Positions 50,601 to 63,100 of a stretch of 64,000 nucleotides of DNA are shown piece after piece; within the stretch, counting starts at the first letter, position 1, and every line of letters starts with the position of its first letter. The position numbers were made by a program, and so were the translations under genes. The stretch comes from Blasia pusilla. Its lineage: Eukaryota. The stretch covers positions 21,638,001-21,702,000 of the forward strand of contig CM114271.1 of assembly GCA_050084515.1 (NCBI GenBank), given 5' to 3'. A model generated the notes under the pieces. It saw only the letters and a program-made list of their open reading frames with translations. It did no database searches and had not been told where the DNA came from.

Positions 50601-51204
50601 TTGTTTGATGTTGCCTCAATCTATATTATTATGGGAGAGTGCTATCTTGATTAATAAACACCTATATGTTCGACAAATGACAATTGGGCAATAAGAAAAT
50701 ATTTCACATGTAATGGGTAATTTTTAAAAAAAATTTGTGTGTAGCATCATTTCTATACACACTAACAAAGTCCTTTAAACATTTTTTTTATTTTGCATAG
50801 CTCCTTAGATAGGAGCACAACTAAATTTTTTCACCTAGGGTGGGTGAAAATTTCCATGCGGTGGACTCCGCATGACCCTTTCTTGTTTTTAAGGTAGTGA
50901 GCAAGTCATACGGATGGAATTGTCTTGTTGGAAACTGTTTTAACGGACGGAATTACGGATGCAGTCTAATTCCCGTCATGGGAAGAGTTACGCACGTAGC
51001 GACATGAACAAGGACTCACATGCACGCGTATTCAGAGTACCATCCGACAGACGGACGCCAAGACGGCTGTTGTCCAAGCACCGTCAGAGTTACGGAAAGA
51101 GCGACAGAAAGGGGGAAGGGTGGGAGCCCAGTGAGGGAGGAGACGCGGGGGAGAGAAGAAAGAAAGCGAGTGGGCGATCGGGGGCGGCGAAGAAGAGAAG
51201 AATT

Positions 51205-54200
51205 ATGGCGTATGGAACGCTGGAGGGGCAGAAGAGGTTGCAAGACTACGTTTCGCGCTTTATCGATTGCTTGACTACTCAAAATGGAACTGAACTGGCC
51301 CCCCTACTGGCTATCACTTCGTCTCCGTTTCGTGATTTGGTTGGAAGCGCTCTCGACCTTGTGAAGGTTTGATCTAACAAGCTGCGTCTCGTCTGTTCAC
51401 TTCTTTAGCTCACGATCTATAGGAAAATTTAGAGGATGGATGGAATTAATTAATCCGGCCATTCTGCGAGGGACATCTTATCGAAGAGCCGTTTGAAAGG
51501 AATGTTCACTACGCGGTCCTTGTTTGAGACTGAAGCTAACTTATTGAGAGTAATTGGGAATGGCTACAAGGGATCTTATGGAAATGAATCTATTCATTTT
51601 CCCCGGGGCATGTGTTTAAATTGGACTTTGTTCGATCTCAGCTGTGCAATTTCAAATGATTGGTGAAGAGGCTCCATTTCAAATGAGTGGGAAGACGGGA
51701 GTGACTGCTGTAGATGAAGTTTTCGTCGTTACTGAACTGCATAATTTCAGTTTTTGAATCGTTTTCCTCCATCGATCTCGCTATTGTAGGATCCGAGCCG
51801 CATTGTCAAGCAAGTGGACAAGCATGCGCCGTTGGGTGAAATGCTTGCTCAGCACATGCGTTGCATGCAATCGTACAGGCACCGGCGCTATTTGGACGCT
51901 TACAGCGCTCTGGAGAAATCGGCAAAGTATCATTTTTAATTGAAAATTTTAGACTTAAATGAAGAGCTGTTTGTTTTTTCGTAGGGTTAGAGTATAAGGG
52001 CCCCCCCAAATTTTATGGTAGTATGGTAGATGTTCTTTCTTATCTTTCTTACAGTCCTTTTCTTCAAGAGTTCCGCAACTGGGAGAGCGCGTGGGCGATG
52101 AAAGCCCTCCACACCATGGTCTTTGAGCTAAGGACACTAGCTGAGCTGGTAAGTCTGTAATTTCTTCACAGGTCTGCCTACCCATGAAAATATTGTGGTC
52201 TGAAAACTTGACTTTTAGCTAGAAGATGTAAGATGGTGAACAAGTTTGCCTATAGAGTTTGAAGGTGTTTTCTAAAACTGATTGTGTGAACTCAATACCG
52301 TACCGCATTTCTTTGTGATCCAGGCTGATCGAGAGATGGCAAGCAATGGAAAGGTTCCAGATAAGTTAAAGGGGGCAGGCTCATTTCTCATGAAAGTATT
52401 CGGAGCTCTTGCGGTATGATTTCTGTGGTAGTGACCATCTTCGTCATCATGAAAGTTCTAACCTCATGTGTAGTTCCCAATATTCACATGATACATCTCA
52501 TGTGTATCATGATGTTTACTCAGGTCAAGGCGTTTATTCTTCTTCCTGAGTAAATGCTTTGTCAGTAAATTTTCTGGTAAGGCGTCTGAGACCTAACTGA
52601 AAGTTGTGTCCTGCTTCTATGTGATGCATATTGGTGCTACTTGCATGTTGCAATTCAGGGTAAAGGGCCTAAAAGGGTTGGAGCGTTGTATGTCACCTGT
52701 CAGCTGTTCAAGGTCTATTTTAAGGTTGGTTGAAAATTTCCCTCAATTGTAAGATCCCTTTGATTTCAAGGATTGCAAGGTTCAAAGTTTGACTTATCTG
52801 ACGGGGATCAGGAGATCTTGCAACTGAATGTAAAGAGGAACACTTCCTGTGTGGGATGTACAATATATCTTCATGATTATGTAGGTTCTCTTGAGAAAGT
52901 GCTGCCAATATACTGACTGTAATTGAATTTTGGCAGTTGGGAACTGTCCATCTTTGCAGGAGTGTCATCAGAAGTATTGAAACAGCCCGGGTTTTTGACT
53001 TCGAAGAGTTTCCTACTAGAGACAAAGTTAGTATTCAGTCGAGGATCAGACTTATTCCACTGGTTTCCAATACATTTGACTGTTTGGAGTCCTTTTCTGG
53101 GGGGACTGGTAAATATCTGGATTGTCTGTTGTTAATAAGTGAGCATTAGGGCAGTGCTTATGTTGAACATGACCATATTGTGCATAAAACAGTGTTCAGA
53201 CGTTTTCACATTGTGATTTGTATCGAATGCAGGTGACCTACATGTACTATACTGGTAGATTGGAGGTTTTCAATGATAACTTTGTGCAGGTATACACAAA
53301 GAGAAACTTTGTATAGCTGATATTCCTTAACGGGCAGTGCTGCTGAAGGAGTTTCATATTGTGCACTAAGGCTGGGAGTTTTGTTTTGTTTTGTGTACAG
53401 AGTTTTGAGTGTAATTTGCTAGATCAAAGTTCTGTCAAATGTTAGGGTGCATTGTCTAGTTTTCTCCCATAAGAGATTTTGATTTCAATAGTATCTTTGC
53501 AAGATCACTCATCCAATATCATGTCTGGTGCAGGCAGATCAGAAACTCATGTATGCATTGGTTCACTGTGATCCACACAAAGAAGGAAATATCAGGTGTG
53601 GTGGCCTAACACCGTTGGGTGTCTAGTCTTGTTGGTTTATCAGTCTCTGATGTACGATTGCTTTCTAGTGGTTCTCTTTGTCACTGTCTTGTCTATGGCT
53701 TTAGGAGTAGTTAGTTTAATTGAGAGATTGGTGTCTTGGGGTAGGTTTGGCAATGGAAATCACATTTCTGTCTTGAAGACAACTTCTTGCTTTTGTTTAA
53801 GTGCAGGATGATTCTAAAGTATTTGGTTCCAGTCAAGCTATCTCTTGGCATTCTTCCAAATGAGTGGCTGCTCAGAAAGTATCACATACTTGAGGTGCAG
53901 TGACGCATACCTGATCCCAACAACAGATCCTTGGCAGAAATTTCTTATGCTTTATTGGCCCCAATTTCTGATGCTCACAACTTGCGCTGCTTGTGGCTAT
54001 TTGTCTGTATCCAGTATAATGATATTGTCCAAGCCCTTAAGCGAGGGGATATTCGGTTGCTCAGGCATGCCCTGCAGGCTAATGAGGATCAGTACATTCC
54101 TTGAACCCTTCACTCTAAGTGATTGTGAGTTTCTGTTTTCTGTTTTGGTGCCCATAAGCAGTATCTTTTTGTGAATGATGGGGATAGGAAAGAGTTGTGG

Positions 54201-55391
54201 AGTTCATTTCATCTGAGTCACTTGGCGAAGCATGCACCTCCAATCGTATTTTTTTGGGTCAGAGTACTCTTACTGGATTCGTTTCCGTGGTTTGGATTCA
54301 ATAATGTAAATACAGGTAGAGGGAACAAAGGAATGGTGTGTCTGCTAATTGCTTCCTATCATTATCATTGGAAGTTTTTCTGTGAAGTTGGGTGGAGACT
54401 AAATTGGTTTAGACCATTTGTGATGAAGGTTTTTGAGGTCTGGTGTATATCTCGTGTTGGAGAAGTTGGAACTGCAAGTTTATCAAAGATTGATGAAGAA
54501 GATGTGAGTGCACCCCAAAAGTAATAGATCTGCTATTGAAATGTAGAGCTGTTGAATGCGGGAAGATATCACAAGCTTTTTGATTAGCTTGTACACCTCT
54601 GAAGGTGATCTTGATTGTACTTTGGTACTGCGGCAGATATCTTATACAAAAGCAAAAGGATCCAAGCAGAGCCCATCAAATAAAGATGGATAGCATACTC
54701 AAGGCACTGAAATGGCTCCAAATAGACATGGATATAGATGAGGTACATATCTAAGCTTCTGTCATCACTCTCTTCTTCTGTTAGGATCCAAGTATCTGTG
54801 TATTTGGGGTCCTCCAGTCTTAAGTAAGCAAACCAAAATATTTTCAAGCACTTGGTCTGGAGGTGAAACTATGCTGATTAGGTCTTCATATCTCATGTTT
54901 CACTTCTCATCAAATTGCTCAGGCTATGAGGTGTTTCATAAGTTTTTCAAACTTGTTAGCTTGTTATGTGTTAGTAGGGTACTCTGACAAAGTTCGCTCA
55001 TACCAGATTGAACAAGCTACGTTTGTAATTTCTTCTCTAGCTTTGGTGATGTGCTTAGGCTTCTTAAGGTTAAGAGAAGTTACGATGTAAGCTCTGCTGA
55101 ATCACAATTATGTAGGTGATCCAGGCAGTTGCCTTGCCTGCAAAGACTCACGGCACTCAGCTGCTTATTTCTCCTCTATCTGTTTTGTGCTTCTCTACAT
55201 TTGGTTTCGGCTATGAAGTTCTTTCTAATATGTCATAATTTGCATCTCTGGCTTACCTGCAGGTTGAATGTATAATGGCCACCCTAATACATCGGAACTT
55301 AATGAGGGGGTACTTGTCTCACAAGAGCAAGGTCGTGGTTCTTAGTAAACAGGATCCGTTCCCACTGCTCAGTGGCCGGCCTCCCGCTTAG
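51205..55391 (+). CDS. EER5: PCI-domain protein, TREX-2 subunit (EER5/THP1/PCID2 homolog)
   Basis: The 13 exons are 51205-51366, 51790-51926, 52055-52148, 52324-52413, 52659-52724, 52937-53026, 53233-53289, 53534-53595, 53807-53894, 54015-54091, 54429-54503, 54637-54742 and 55263-55391; all are GT-AG and in frame. Hallmarks are KRVGALYVTCQLFKVYFKLGTVHLCRSVIRSIE, VTYMYYTGRL and DEVECIMATLI..GYLSHKSKVVVLSKQDPFP. Confidence 0.95.
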
Positions 55392-58299
55392 ATCCCTCAA
55401 ATGTGGTGGAGTAAACTAACTTGTAGTAGAATGTGGATTGCATTTGAGGCCTTTTATCTCCTCTGTACAGTTCTAACAATGTATCAGTTCGAATAGGCAC
55501 TGGGCCCTTGAAACCTTAACAGAGGGCATTCATGTTGTAGTCCATTGTTGTTTACCTTTCCAATTTTGCAGACTTTCGTAGTTGACTTCAACTAATGTTT
55601 CATGAGGTTGGTCTCCCTTTCTTTAGGAATGCAGGCACCAATGGTTGTAGGTATTAGTGGCTCTAATTCTGAGTGAGCCTCTAGTAGGACTGGAATTTAT
55701 CGAGAGCTCAAAGATGGATGAGGAAAGAATGCTCTAGTATCAAATATGCAGGGCGTTGAAACCCTCACATTTATAGCAGAAGACTGCCACAGATCAGGGT
55801 GTACACTGTACAGGTATCTACCTTCTTGACCACAAGAAATTCCAGTTCTACTTCGAACATGCTATAGTGCCACAAGTAGGAGACGGTTTAGAAGGTTAAT
55901 ATGGTGTTTTTGCTGATGGGTAGCCTGTTCAGGTCATCATGCCCCTCTCTGTTGATGGCATACATTGGCTTGCCACTGAGAAGAATGCAAACTGTTCAAG
56001 AACACTCAAGTACATGGGGAGCAACGAAAGAACTTCACATGCGAATTCTGTAGAAACAAAATTTCCAGTGCCTCCGTTGCACAGCTTGTCTGTTTTGTGG
56101 GGTTTGTATAGTGGAGTACCGTCAAGTGCCATTTCTTGGTAGTATTGACATGCCACAGATTTCTAGACCCAGTAAATCAGAAGTGGATGCCTTGTCAGTG
56201 GGAAAGGTTGCCAATCAGGATCTGGTTTTTGCATGTTGCGATTTCAATCCTTGCAAGAGGCTCAAAGTTTGAGCTGTGTGAGGTTACATGAGTTGACTAA
56301 ACAATACAAAATGAGCTTTGCTTATGAAGGAGTGGATCTTTTGAATGCACCATGTGACTGTCAATATTGAAGGCAGTTCTTCCACGTTGGACTCCTGCTA
56401 TTCTAGCCTTTCCCCACTTCGCGAAGCTCTATTTTGCAGGTGAAAGTGATAATCTCTTGCGAATCTGTTACTCTCCACTGTTTCACCATTTAGAGACAAA
56501 AGCTTGCACTCACTAAGACTTTCTCCAGCGAAGGGCTTAGATTGAAGGAGTCGACTCTGAAGACCATTTTCCTTTTCCAAAAGAGTCCTCTCTACCCAAT
56601 GAACCCAAGTGTCCCCACGTGAGTTTCTTCATTTGAGCTCTTTACCTGCTACCAACACCTTCATATGCGAGAAAAGTGTCCATTAAGTTGAGGGATACCA
56701 CGGCAGAAAAATCACGGTATGGTTGAGTATGTGTGATCTGGAGGTGAGCATTTATATCCGCATACGGGTCAATGACAAGCTGCCGTCTCTGCAACGAAGG
56801 CCAGGATTGAAACCTGCATCGCAGGAAAAAGGATCCCGGTATCATGGAGTATTCCGGTTTCAGGAGTCATGGAGTCCTCGTGCCCTAATAGGACTTCCTT
56901 CAGTATGAGGCAGTCATGGCCTGTAAACGATCTCTTTCATAAGACTGAAGTCACAAGTTTGTTACGAAGTATTCATGTCCTACAGGGGACTTTAGTAACC
57001 GTCCCTCCTATGCCACAGAGATCTAAAACTTAAGACATTAATGCTTTCTGTTGTTTGTTTACGATTTTTCATTGGAAATAGAGTGATGGAAAGGAGGATG
57101 AGGTTCTCTTTTCGAATGGATTACAGCAACAGTCTTAATATGGAATGGGATATTAGTACGGGGATTTTTTTTTCATTGTCAGATTATTATTGGTGTAACT
57201 AATAATTTACCAATTTTGCTTTTTTGAAGATTGGCCATGTTCGGATGATTTGACAGTTGCCCATACTTTATGATATCTTGTCCCACCCATCAAATGGTAA
57301 AATAGTCGCCCATACTTTTTGGTTTTTTGTACCACCCATCGATTGAAATCTGAAATCCCCCCCCCCTTTATTTGAGTGCTGGACGAGGTAGCAGGTTAGC
57401 TAACATTTGGTTCAGGTTGTTTTGGGAGATGATGCAAATCTTGCGATCTTTACATGAGTATCAGCCTCATTCTCCAGCATATATTTTGGAGGTTGTGTCA
57501 ATTTTGGACGATTCAAAATCTCGCGTGGTGACGAGTGCACATCAGATGTGCTCATGGATCGGCCCAGAAGTGTTGTTAGATGTTGCTAGTGTAGGTTCTA
57601 GAGCATACCGCCTGTATCTTTGATGGACCAACTTGGTACCACATGAGGTGTTGCGGAAGGCTTATACGAGAGTGGAGTGTCCCTCCGATTTGTTGGTGGA
57701 TTCTATATTGGATCCGGGGCGTCGATCACAGGTAGTGAGGCACGATGATCGATCGCCGTTCATTGTGGTCAATCGGATTGGCATGCCATGAGTAACCTTT
57801 CCCACATTGGTGAGTTTTCCCGCTTTCTATACATTTAAGAGGTCGGACCTGGCTTGGTTTGGGATGACTAGGTACAGAGGTTGGTGGAGTCCAATGTCGA
57901 TGAGCGAGAGCGAGCAATGGGATTCTCCACATGAGTGACGGCAGTATCGTCATTGTCGGAGGCATTACGACGTCATGTCTTGGGTTAGGCGATGGACTTG
58001 AACTGCTGGACATGAATTTTCAGTTTAGGAATAACTGAGCAACGTCATTTGAGGATGCGATAGATCACAAAAGTTACGTTGGTGAGCCCATGCCTATCGA
58101 GACGATTGAGGGAGTGGCTAGGGGCGAGACGTGAGGACATTGACACATCAGGGGTGATCGGGAAAGATACCCTTGGACTTCTTGGGATATTTTGCTGGTA
58201 CGCAAGGAGATGTTAGCCATAGTGTCGAGCGTGGTTCCAGGTTCTACACGTGGAGATGAGAGTTCTATTGTCCGAGACGGGGTTGCACCATAGCAACCA

Positions 58300-61200
58300 T
58301 CGATATCCGTGCCGAAGAGTCTTACCGTAGTCATGATGGAGATTTGGTAGTCAGATATGGGCCCTAAGTTGACAGGAGAAGAGCGATGTTGGATACATTA
58401 ATTCCTTAGGAGTTATAAGAGTTGTTTTATATTTAGTATATGTGATTTAAATACGCTGAAGGATCCAAGGATTCGCATTGAATTATCCAGTGGCACGCCG
58501 ATCTTCCGACGACCGTACATATACAATGACATGGAGAGGACTCTGATTCAGAGTAGGAGCCAGGACTTGGTTGGAGGAAGACTAGTGGAAATGTCGTATG
58601 GAGAGTATGCATCTGTCACTATCATGCCCGCCAAGAAGGATGTGTATGGCAACTAGACGGATAAGCGGATGTGTGGAGATTACCGACCTATGAATCGGCA
58701 GACGAAATCCAATAGGTATGTCATGCCCACCCCCAGGGAGGTCTTTGATGCGATTGGGCATGCAAAGATCTTCAATTCATTGGATTCGCGAGCCGGATAT
58801 CATCAACTGCCTATTAGATTCGAAGACAGGCAGAATACGGCATTTTGGGGCATTGATCTTTATAGGAAGGATTGTTTGTACTAGTGGCGGTTCTTACCAT
58901 TTAAGTTAAAGAACGCCCCGATTGAGTTTAAGGGGATCATTGATAAGATCTTGGCAGGTCTCGATTTTGCTAGGTGTTACATTGATAACATCGTAGTCTT
59001 TAGCGCTACGGTTGAGGAGCATGAGCGACAACTAGAGGAGGTATTTTGACGATTGCTATTACATGGGTTGAAGCTACATCCAAGCAAGTGCAAGTTCTTC
59101 TACGACTAGATTAGGTACTTGGGTCATACGATATACCGAGAGGGCCTTGGTGTGCAATAGACGAAGGTACATGTTATTTCACGCATTTCACGTCATACAT
59201 ATGTGAGTCGAGTTTGTGCATTCATGGGATTGGCAAACTTCTATCGACGGTACGTCACGGGTTTTAGTTTGATTGTAAAGGTGCTAACCTTGATGACCAA
59301 GGTGGATTAAGAGCGGCACTGGAGGGATGAACTAGAGAGAGAGCATTTTAGATGCTCAAAGATAGATTGACGTCCGTGCCCATATTGATGAGATCAATCA
59401 GGGGGCGTCGTTTCTAATTGCATACCGATTGGAGCGTGTTGGAGTATGTAGCCATGCTCACCGAGCATAACGATCATGGTAAAGAGTTCGTGATGGCTTA
59501 CGCTAATCACTCGAACAACGATGCAGAGGCAAAGTATAGCTCGTATGAGGGTGAGTGCTTGGCTATAGTGTGGGATGTCGCACATTTCAATTGTTATATA
59601 TTCGGCAATCTCTTTACCATCATTATTGATCATCAGCCACTTAAGTGGTTGATGGAGTCCGACAAGCTTACATGAAAACTTACGAGGTGGGCTCTTTTGT
59701 TGTAGGAGTATGACTTCCAAATGATGCAAAGACCTGAGATGCTCAACCATGATGGATATGGTTTGAGCCGTAACCCATACCCGAGTCAGCGAGATGCGAT
59801 TGAAACTCGTTGGCATGGTGAGAGTGATGAGGAGTTGATCCCATGATGACATGTGTCAACCTATTTGGGCTTGTTGGCTATGGAGAGCCAAATTGCTGAG
59901 ACTTTCGATGGCGAGGTCTGATGGAGAGTTCTTAGATCCAGAGGCCAGTGAGGAGACGACAGATGGCCAAGATATTCATGACGATGAAGTGATATTGCAG
60001 TATTTGCGTACTGGTAGCGTCGCGAGCACAATGGATGTTAAAGAGCGGGATCGGATCCTACAGCGAGCCAGACGGTTCCGGTGGGAGGGCACACCTGTGT
60101 TGCGAGTGTGGGAGGATGGTAGAGTGCGTGTAGTGCCTCATCCTTCGCAAAGAGCATGTTTGGTGCGTCATGCCTCGAGGAGTTGGGTCATTTTGGAATA
60201 AAGCGGGCATACAACTTGCTGTAGATTCAGTATTGAAGGCGAGACATGCAGACTGACGTTCAACAGTTTGTTGCCAGATGCATGGTGTGTGATCGAGTCC
60301 GAGCATCATTCAATGCTCCGACTCCACAGTTGCATCCACTTCTGATCATGGGTTTAGGTTATTAATGGAGTTTGGGTTTTGAAGGACCTTTGCTTTTGAC
60401 GGAGCGCCATAGTCGTTATGTGTTAGTGATGGTCGAGCACTTCTCAAAGTGGATAGAGTTGGTTGCATTTCTTGACAAAGCGAGTGAGGGAGTAGTGTAT
60501 GCTTTCCTAGATCGAGTGTTGAGTCATTACGGCGCACTAGCTGAGGTGTTGACAGACCAGGGTACAGAGTTCCGCCGGGAGTTTCAGGCCTTGTGTGATC
60601 AAGTACTGATCGACCATCGCACTACTTCGCGAGATCATCCTAGGTGGATGGACTAGCGGAGCGGGTTGTGTAGACGGTGAAGAGAGGACTATGCAAGTAT
60701 GGCTTGTAGAGAGGTCACCTAGTAGATTGGGACCTTCAGTTGCCATGGTTGGCGATGAGATACAAGTTCAGCAGGCAGGCATCCTTGATGTCTTTCTCAC
60801 CGTACTTGTTGCTTTATGGCCGAGAGCCAGATTTACCTCCGACCATTCGTCGAGATGTTAGTGAGGTGTTGAACCTTGATGACCTTGATGTATGGATACG
60901 AGTATGTTCTCAGAAGGCTGAGTTCTTTCGGAGAATGATGCCCATGGCGTTTGAGAACTTGGCGATTGCGCAACATCGGGATACTTGAGGTGTGCGACTA
61001 TTCGCGGAGGTGGTTATCTACCTACTATATGGAGGTTTCATCAGGGAGACTATGTCTACTTCCAGCCGCCGGCACCCACGACATTGGTTGTGACTGCAGG
61101 GCGCACCATCTTGAGAGGGCGTGAGGTTTTGCCATCCGGTGTTCTCTTATTGGAGGGACGCGATGGTATGGTTTGGAAGGACCTTGTGCGTAAGTATGCG

Positions 61201-61410
61201 CCATATGATCTTCCGAACATTGACGGTATAGTTGATCTGAGCTTAGCAATAGTTCCTATAGGCTTGCGGTGTATGTTGTGTGGTTCCGCCTGTGGTGCAG
61301 CCAGTGTGCTAGTCTGTGATGAGTGTTCGAGAAGATGGCATATGATATATTTAACGCCACCTCTCACTAGGATTCATTAGGGATGATGGATGTGTATTAG
61401 ATGTACATAG
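58300..61410 (+). mobile_element. Ty3/Gypsy pol pseudogene: RT - RNase H - integrase - PHD finger
   Basis: RT motifs are RMCGDYRPMN, IFNSLDSRAGYHQL, PFKLKNAP and CYIDNIVVFS. RNase H motifs are LHTDWS, YSSYEGECLA and IIDHQPLKWL. The integrase has HHCC plus the DDE core. The order RT-RH-IN is Gypsy-type, and there are numerous stops and frameshifts. Confidence 0.93.
61270..61404 (+). other. PHD finger (C4HC3) at the integrase C-terminus, degenerate
   Basis: One frame reads CMLCGSACGAASVLVCDECSRRWHMIYLTPPLTRIH*G*WMCIRC. This matches CxxC..CDxC...WHxxCLxPPL..P.G.WxCxxC with one Cys changed to Tyr (TGT>TAT). Confidence 0.85.
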
Positions 61411-61599
61411 AATAGGTAGTTCTATATTCCGACTTATGTCTGTGACATGGATGACAAGAAGGCGATGAACGATGGGGCCACATGAGTACCCGACCTTCTT
61501 GCTCTTAGCGTCCGATAGATGTATGTCATGGTAGGTAGGGATAGATGGCTATCTGGAGTTAGAGGGATCTGACCCTCAGCTATGGGGGCGATTGGAGGT

Positions 61600-62347
61600 A
61601 TTTTGGTACTTCTTGTCTCATTTTTTGGATGCCATGAGTTAGCATGGGATCGTGTGTGTTTGTGTGTGTGTTCAATGAAAGCGATGTATATTGTATAGCA
61701 ATGTATATGCGCACGACAATAATCACGTCTTTTATGATAGATCGGTGAGATTAGTAGAGCGCATTCGTGAGTAGTGGAGAACATGCTCAGTAGGTCGAGG
61801 ATGACCTGCTGAGGCCCTGGGAAACTTGAGAAAGCAGGTTTTCCGTTCGTTTCGGCTCATTTGGAGCTATATTGAGCAACTTACTATTTTAGATAAGTAC
61901 CATTTTGAGTATATGATCAACTTCCTATTTTTGGTACGTGGCTCTTGACCTCTTACATCAGGTGAAGAGCCAAGGAGGTGACTTGGGAGCATAGGTTATC
62001 ATGGAGAGAGCTTGGGAGAGGGGAGAGGTATACCTGAAGGAGAGAGAGTTTGAGAGCTCATTCTCTCTTTGTTGAACCTTTTGGCATGAGGTGGCGGAGC
62101 GATGGTCTTGCTTGCCTTGTGTGTATAACCCAAGCCTCTCATTAGGTGAGTGGATTTGGTTTGACATTAAGAGAGATATGTGAGAGTGCACACATGTGAG
62201 AATTATGGTGTTGTGAGATAGATTTGATCATATTTTATTGGAACCATTTTGGTATTTTTTATCTCGTTGTTTGGATGCCATGAGTTAGCATGGGATCGTG
62301 CGTATTTATGTGTGTGTTTGGTGACAGCGAAATGTATACACACGACA
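61600..62347 (+). repeat. Two copies of an LTR 3' end (61600-61718 and 62246-62347), the second belonging to a longer LTR-like block
   Basis: Both contain 'ttggatgccatgagttagcatgggatcgtg' and end 'cacgaca'. A G-rich PPT-like 'ctatgggggcga' precedes the first copy. Confidence 0.7.
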
Positions 62348-62499
62348 AAACATACAAAATACAATCCCAAGTACTTTTGTATATAACAATGGGAAGTAGC
62401 TCTGGGGTTTATGATTAGATGATCTCGTTATTAAATTCCTCCCTAAAGTGGTAGACTAGATAACAAGTAAAACAATGCTATCTACGAAGAGAACCGTCA

Positions 62500-63100
62500 C
62501 GTTATATGGGAAAGGAAAATCGGGTGCAACTCCTTCTCTAGCCCTATCCATAATTGACGGACATCATCTATTCTCCTCAAGAATGGATTTTGGCAGAGTT
62601 GGTTTCCCAAAACGGATAATCCACTCTCATTGGAAAAGTAATATTATCCCTCGTATGAAAATAAATCCCCGAAGATGATAAGTCTCTTCAAATAATCATC
62701 TCCACATATTTCATACTGTTGAAGAAAAGATCTTAGCCAAGTCACTCTCCCAAAAGAGATAATCCAATCTCATTGTTAGAGCAAGCAAGTTGAATTCTAT
62801 CCAATGAAGAGTAACAAGGGAGGCTTGAGAAATGAAATTGAAGGTGACGAACCCTTGAAAGTCCTTTCTTCTTTATATATTCACAAGGGATCTACAAGAG
62901 TGCAAAGTAAGACTATTCTGATCTTGTGCCACATGGCTTCCTCTCAAGGCTTAGCCAATCCTTTTTGGACACAAGTAGATTAGATGCTATCTCTTCCAAA
63001 ATATCCTCATCAACTCACTTCATATCTTTCAAACTACCCCCAACTACCGTAGTCACCAACCTAGAAAATTTTATTTTCATTAATACACTAATCCACAACT
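62500..63100 (-). mobile_element. Possible LINE ORF1-like remnant
   Basis: The minus-strand fragment VTLHWIEFNLLALTMRLDYLFWESDLAKI loosely resembles plant L1 ORF1 (DUF4283 region). Confidence 0.25.

Noticed and set aside
56881-56895. GCCCT-AAT-AGGAC, resembling the PHIS junction motif
   Set aside because: No matching TIR partner or transposon sequence was found nearby. It could be an empty target or chance.
57630-57650. TGGTACCA as the primer-binding site of the PHD-Gypsy element
   Set aside because: It could not be matched to a tRNA 3' end, and no 5' LTR matching the 61.6-62.3 kb repeats was evident upstream.
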